A stretch of 64,000 bases of DNA from Azolla caroliniana (taxonomy: Eukaryota > Plantae > Polypodiophyta): NCBI GenBank assembly GCA_043228905.1, contig JBHGNT010000018.1, forward strand, positions 6,324,001-6,388,000, read 5' to 3'. The notes below the pieces were generated by a model. It did no database searches, had not been told where the DNA came from, and was given only the letters and a program-made list of their open reading frames with translations. Each line of letters begins with the position of its first letter. The stretch's first letter is position 1. Below, one piece after another: positions 61,501 through 64,000 of this stretch. The position numbers were made by a program, and so were the translations under genes.

Positions 61501-63185
61501 TCAACCGGAAGGGTTTGAGAAGAAAGGGAAGGACCACCTGGTGTGTCGGTTGAAGAAGAGCCTATACGAATTGAAGCAAGTTCCCCGACAATGGTACCTG
61601 AAGTTCGACTCCTTCATGACCGACCAAGGGTACCACAAGACGCAAGCTGATCACTGCGTGTTTGTGAAGAAATTTGACGGAGGAGATTTCCTGATACTCC
61701 TATATGTGGATGATATGTTGATCATCGGACGAGACTAAGTCTAGATACATATGCTGAAAAAGGCTCTGAACCAGACCTTCTCAATGAAAGACTTGGGGCC
61801 GGAAACGCAAATATTGGGAAGGCACATCATCCGGGACCGGTCGAAGAAGCTGTTGTGGTTGTCACAGGAAAAGTACGTGACAAAGGTACTCCAAAGGTTC
61901 AACATGTTGGAGGCAAAACCGGTTGGATCGACACTTCCGGAAATCTGCAAGCTATCCGGAAAACAAAGCCTGAGGACAAAGGCGGAGAAGACGGATATGA
62001 TGAATATACCTTATGCCTCTGCTGTCGGGAGCTTGATGTACGCAATGCTATGTACCTGGTTGGATATCGGATATGCAGTCGGAATGGTGAGCCGGTTCAT
62101 GAGCAATCCCGACAAAGAGCACTAGAACGCGGTCAAGTGGATACTCCGGTACTTGAAAGGCACTGTGAGTATGTGCCTCAAGTTCGGCTCATGTATCCCC
62201 AACTTGACGTATTGACAGGTTCGGATATGTCGGGTGATGCGGATACCAGCTGGTCTACATCCGGATATTTCATGACTTATGCAGGGGGAGTTGTCTCGTG
62301 GCAATCGAGGCTGCAGAAGACGGTTGCATCGTCAACCATGGAGGCAGAGTACATGGCAGTTGTGGAAGCTAGCAAGGAGATAATCTGGATGAAGGACTTC
62401 ATCGGAGAGCTAGGGACCCAATAGGAGGAATACCGGCTCTACCGTGACAGTCAAAGTGTCATCCACCTTGCAAAGAAAGCGGCCTACCATTCTCAGATGA
62501 AACATATCAAACGGAGGTACCACTGGATCTGGGAGAGAGTATAAGGTCAAGAGTTCGTGCTGACGAAGATCCACACGGAGGAGAACAGATCAGATATGCT
62601 GACCAAGGTGTTGACGACTGACAAGCTGGACGCGTGCCGAAAGCGGATTGGGCTGACAAGACATCCCATGGCGGAGTGAAGGGGGAGATTGTTGGGAAAT
62701 CGGTTCCTCCAAATGGGATCTGATTATGAATGAAGAGATTTGGAAACCGGATCGGATGGACCTGGTGGGAATCGGAAGTGAAGACATATTTGTAAATATG
62801 TTTTGAGTAAGTCTATTGAGGCTATATTTGTAAATAACCCTAAGTACATAATTATAAATATGACTTAGGGCAATCACTTTAGTGTGGTGGTTGTGTTATT
62901 GTCATATAGTTGTTGTACAGAGAGAGAGGAGATACAGAGTTATACTTTGTTGTAAGCACCGGTCGGCGAAGATACAGAGTAGGAGGTCATTGCCTCTGAG
63001 TCTCTGATTGTACCTTTCTCATATAGTGATAGTTTGGAGTCTGTGGACTCCCGTGGTTTTTCCTTATTAGGGCTTTCCACGTAAACATTCTGTGTACTCT
63101 TTACTTCCCATTTCTGTGTTTCATTCCCATTACTGTGATTCAAGACTTGGTTGTGGCTGAGGAATATTCCGCGCTATTCTTCACA
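58589..63185 (+). mobile_element. Internally deleted copia element F inserted in the gypsy gag
   Basis: 5' LTR at 58589-59651 (split by a solo LTR), PBS TGGTATTAGAGC at 59655-59666. Gag from 59681 is fused near 60212 directly to mid-integrase (KTKDQVLSVF), then RT/RH, PPT, and the 3' LTR at 62690-63185. Many stops. Confidence 0.9.
58737..59296 (+). mobile_element. Solo LTR of a sister subfamily nested inside the 5' LTR of F
   Basis: TGTTGGGAAA..TTCTTCACA termini; TSD AATAA/AATAG with one mismatch. Removal restores TTGTAAATAGCCCTAAG. Confidence 0.85.
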
Positions 63186-63580
63186 ATCCGGTATTAGAGA
63201 AAATAACACAGGAAATGGAAGAGTCATTCGGCGACATGTTCAAGCTCATCGGATCCAACTAATCAGTGTGGAAGTCAAAGATGAGGGATATGTTGGTGGT
63301 TAAAGCTCTTTGGTTTCCGGTTCAGTTCGGGGACAAGAGACCGAATAAGATTGATGCCGCGGCATGGGAAGTGATGCACATGAAGACGACAACATACATC
63401 CGGTGCTTCATCGACATGAGCCTATACACCAACTTCAATGAAGAAAGTAAAGCTCATGAACTCTGGGAGAAGATCGACATCATGTTCCAGAACAAGAATG
63501 CTGTTAATCGGGTTTCAGTATTCCGGAAGCTAGTGAGGCTCCGGTACCAGGACGTCTCTAGTATGGCGGAGCACATGAAT
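63186..63580 (+). mobile_element. Second tandem unit of copia F (PBS remnant + gag 5' part), truncated
   Basis: Directly after the 62690-63185 LTR come ATC-CGGTATTAGAG and a near copy of 59667-60047. Confidence 0.88.
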
Positions 63581-63787
63581 ACCCTCCGCGTTGCCTTGGA
63601 AGAGTCCTCGATAGCGAATGTGGTCTTCAACGCTTCTTCAAACGCTTTCCACGTCGGATTGTGTTGTCGTATCCCGTGTATACTCCCTTGAAGCCCGTCC
63701 GTAGCCACCCAATTGAAGGATGTCACTTGTAATTCTTCCGATATTCCGCACCATAGCATCTCCGCCTTGTAGTCCCGCAAATAACGT
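63581..63787 (-). mobile_element. N-terminal gag fragment of the same gypsy element as 56233-58588
   Basis: RYLRDYKAEM..GISEELQVTSFN..NPTWKAFEEALKTTFAIEDSSKATRR, on the same strand and upstream of the interrupted gag. Confidence 0.75.
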
Positions 63788-64000
63788 TGTTGTGAAGGAT
63801 TTGCTTTACGATATAAAAATAAACTTGAATATTGTATTAAGTAACATTTGAGAGACTTGAACCCATAACCTCATACACGAAGGATGAAGCATATACCAGT
63901 AAGATAAGTTATTTTCTATAGTTATGTTTTTATCATACTTATGACATGTGTATCTTCATACATTAGAGCTTAGATAAGCATGATGGCTATCATGCATCAC

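Noticed and set aside
63845-63905. B-box-like GGTTCAAGTC on the minus strand (tRNA/SINE)
   Set aside because: No cloverleaf or convincing A box can be built, and the window ends shortly after.

Overview
Land-plant nuclear DNA, probably from a seed-free plant. That lineage call is inferred from the DUF4100-type Ty3/gypsy and RTEX-like LINE content. A central gene island (about 17.5-46.7 kb) holds five genes: an intronless DDI1, a 6-exon COBRA-like gene, a 16-exon STRUBBELIG-receptor-family LRR pseudokinase, an IRKI/GIL1-like gene and a small 2-exon LysM gene. LINE 3' remnants and a decayed Mutator-like element lie between them. Two nested retrotransposon stacks flank the island. The left stack (1-17424) has at least four levels: Tnt1/Tork-like copia D, then copia A, then a solo LTR, then a gag-only gypsy-derived element with a tRNA-Trp PBS and 4-bp TSD. 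It also holds copia B, further solo LTRs and a 33-bp LTR scar. The right stack (46881-64000) has a LINE interrupted by a solo LTR and by a near-intact copia, followed by a gypsy gag-protease-RT fragment interrupted by a tandem copia array. Most insertion junctions were resolved by hand from TG..CA termini, TSDs, PBS and PPT. I found no unequivocal new multi-gene system. The best leads are the gag-only repeat-rich element, a candidate -1 frameshift after the gypsy protease, a stop codon at the same RT codon in two copia copies, a (CT)n-associated LINE family, the intronless DDI1 and the degenerate SRF kinase.
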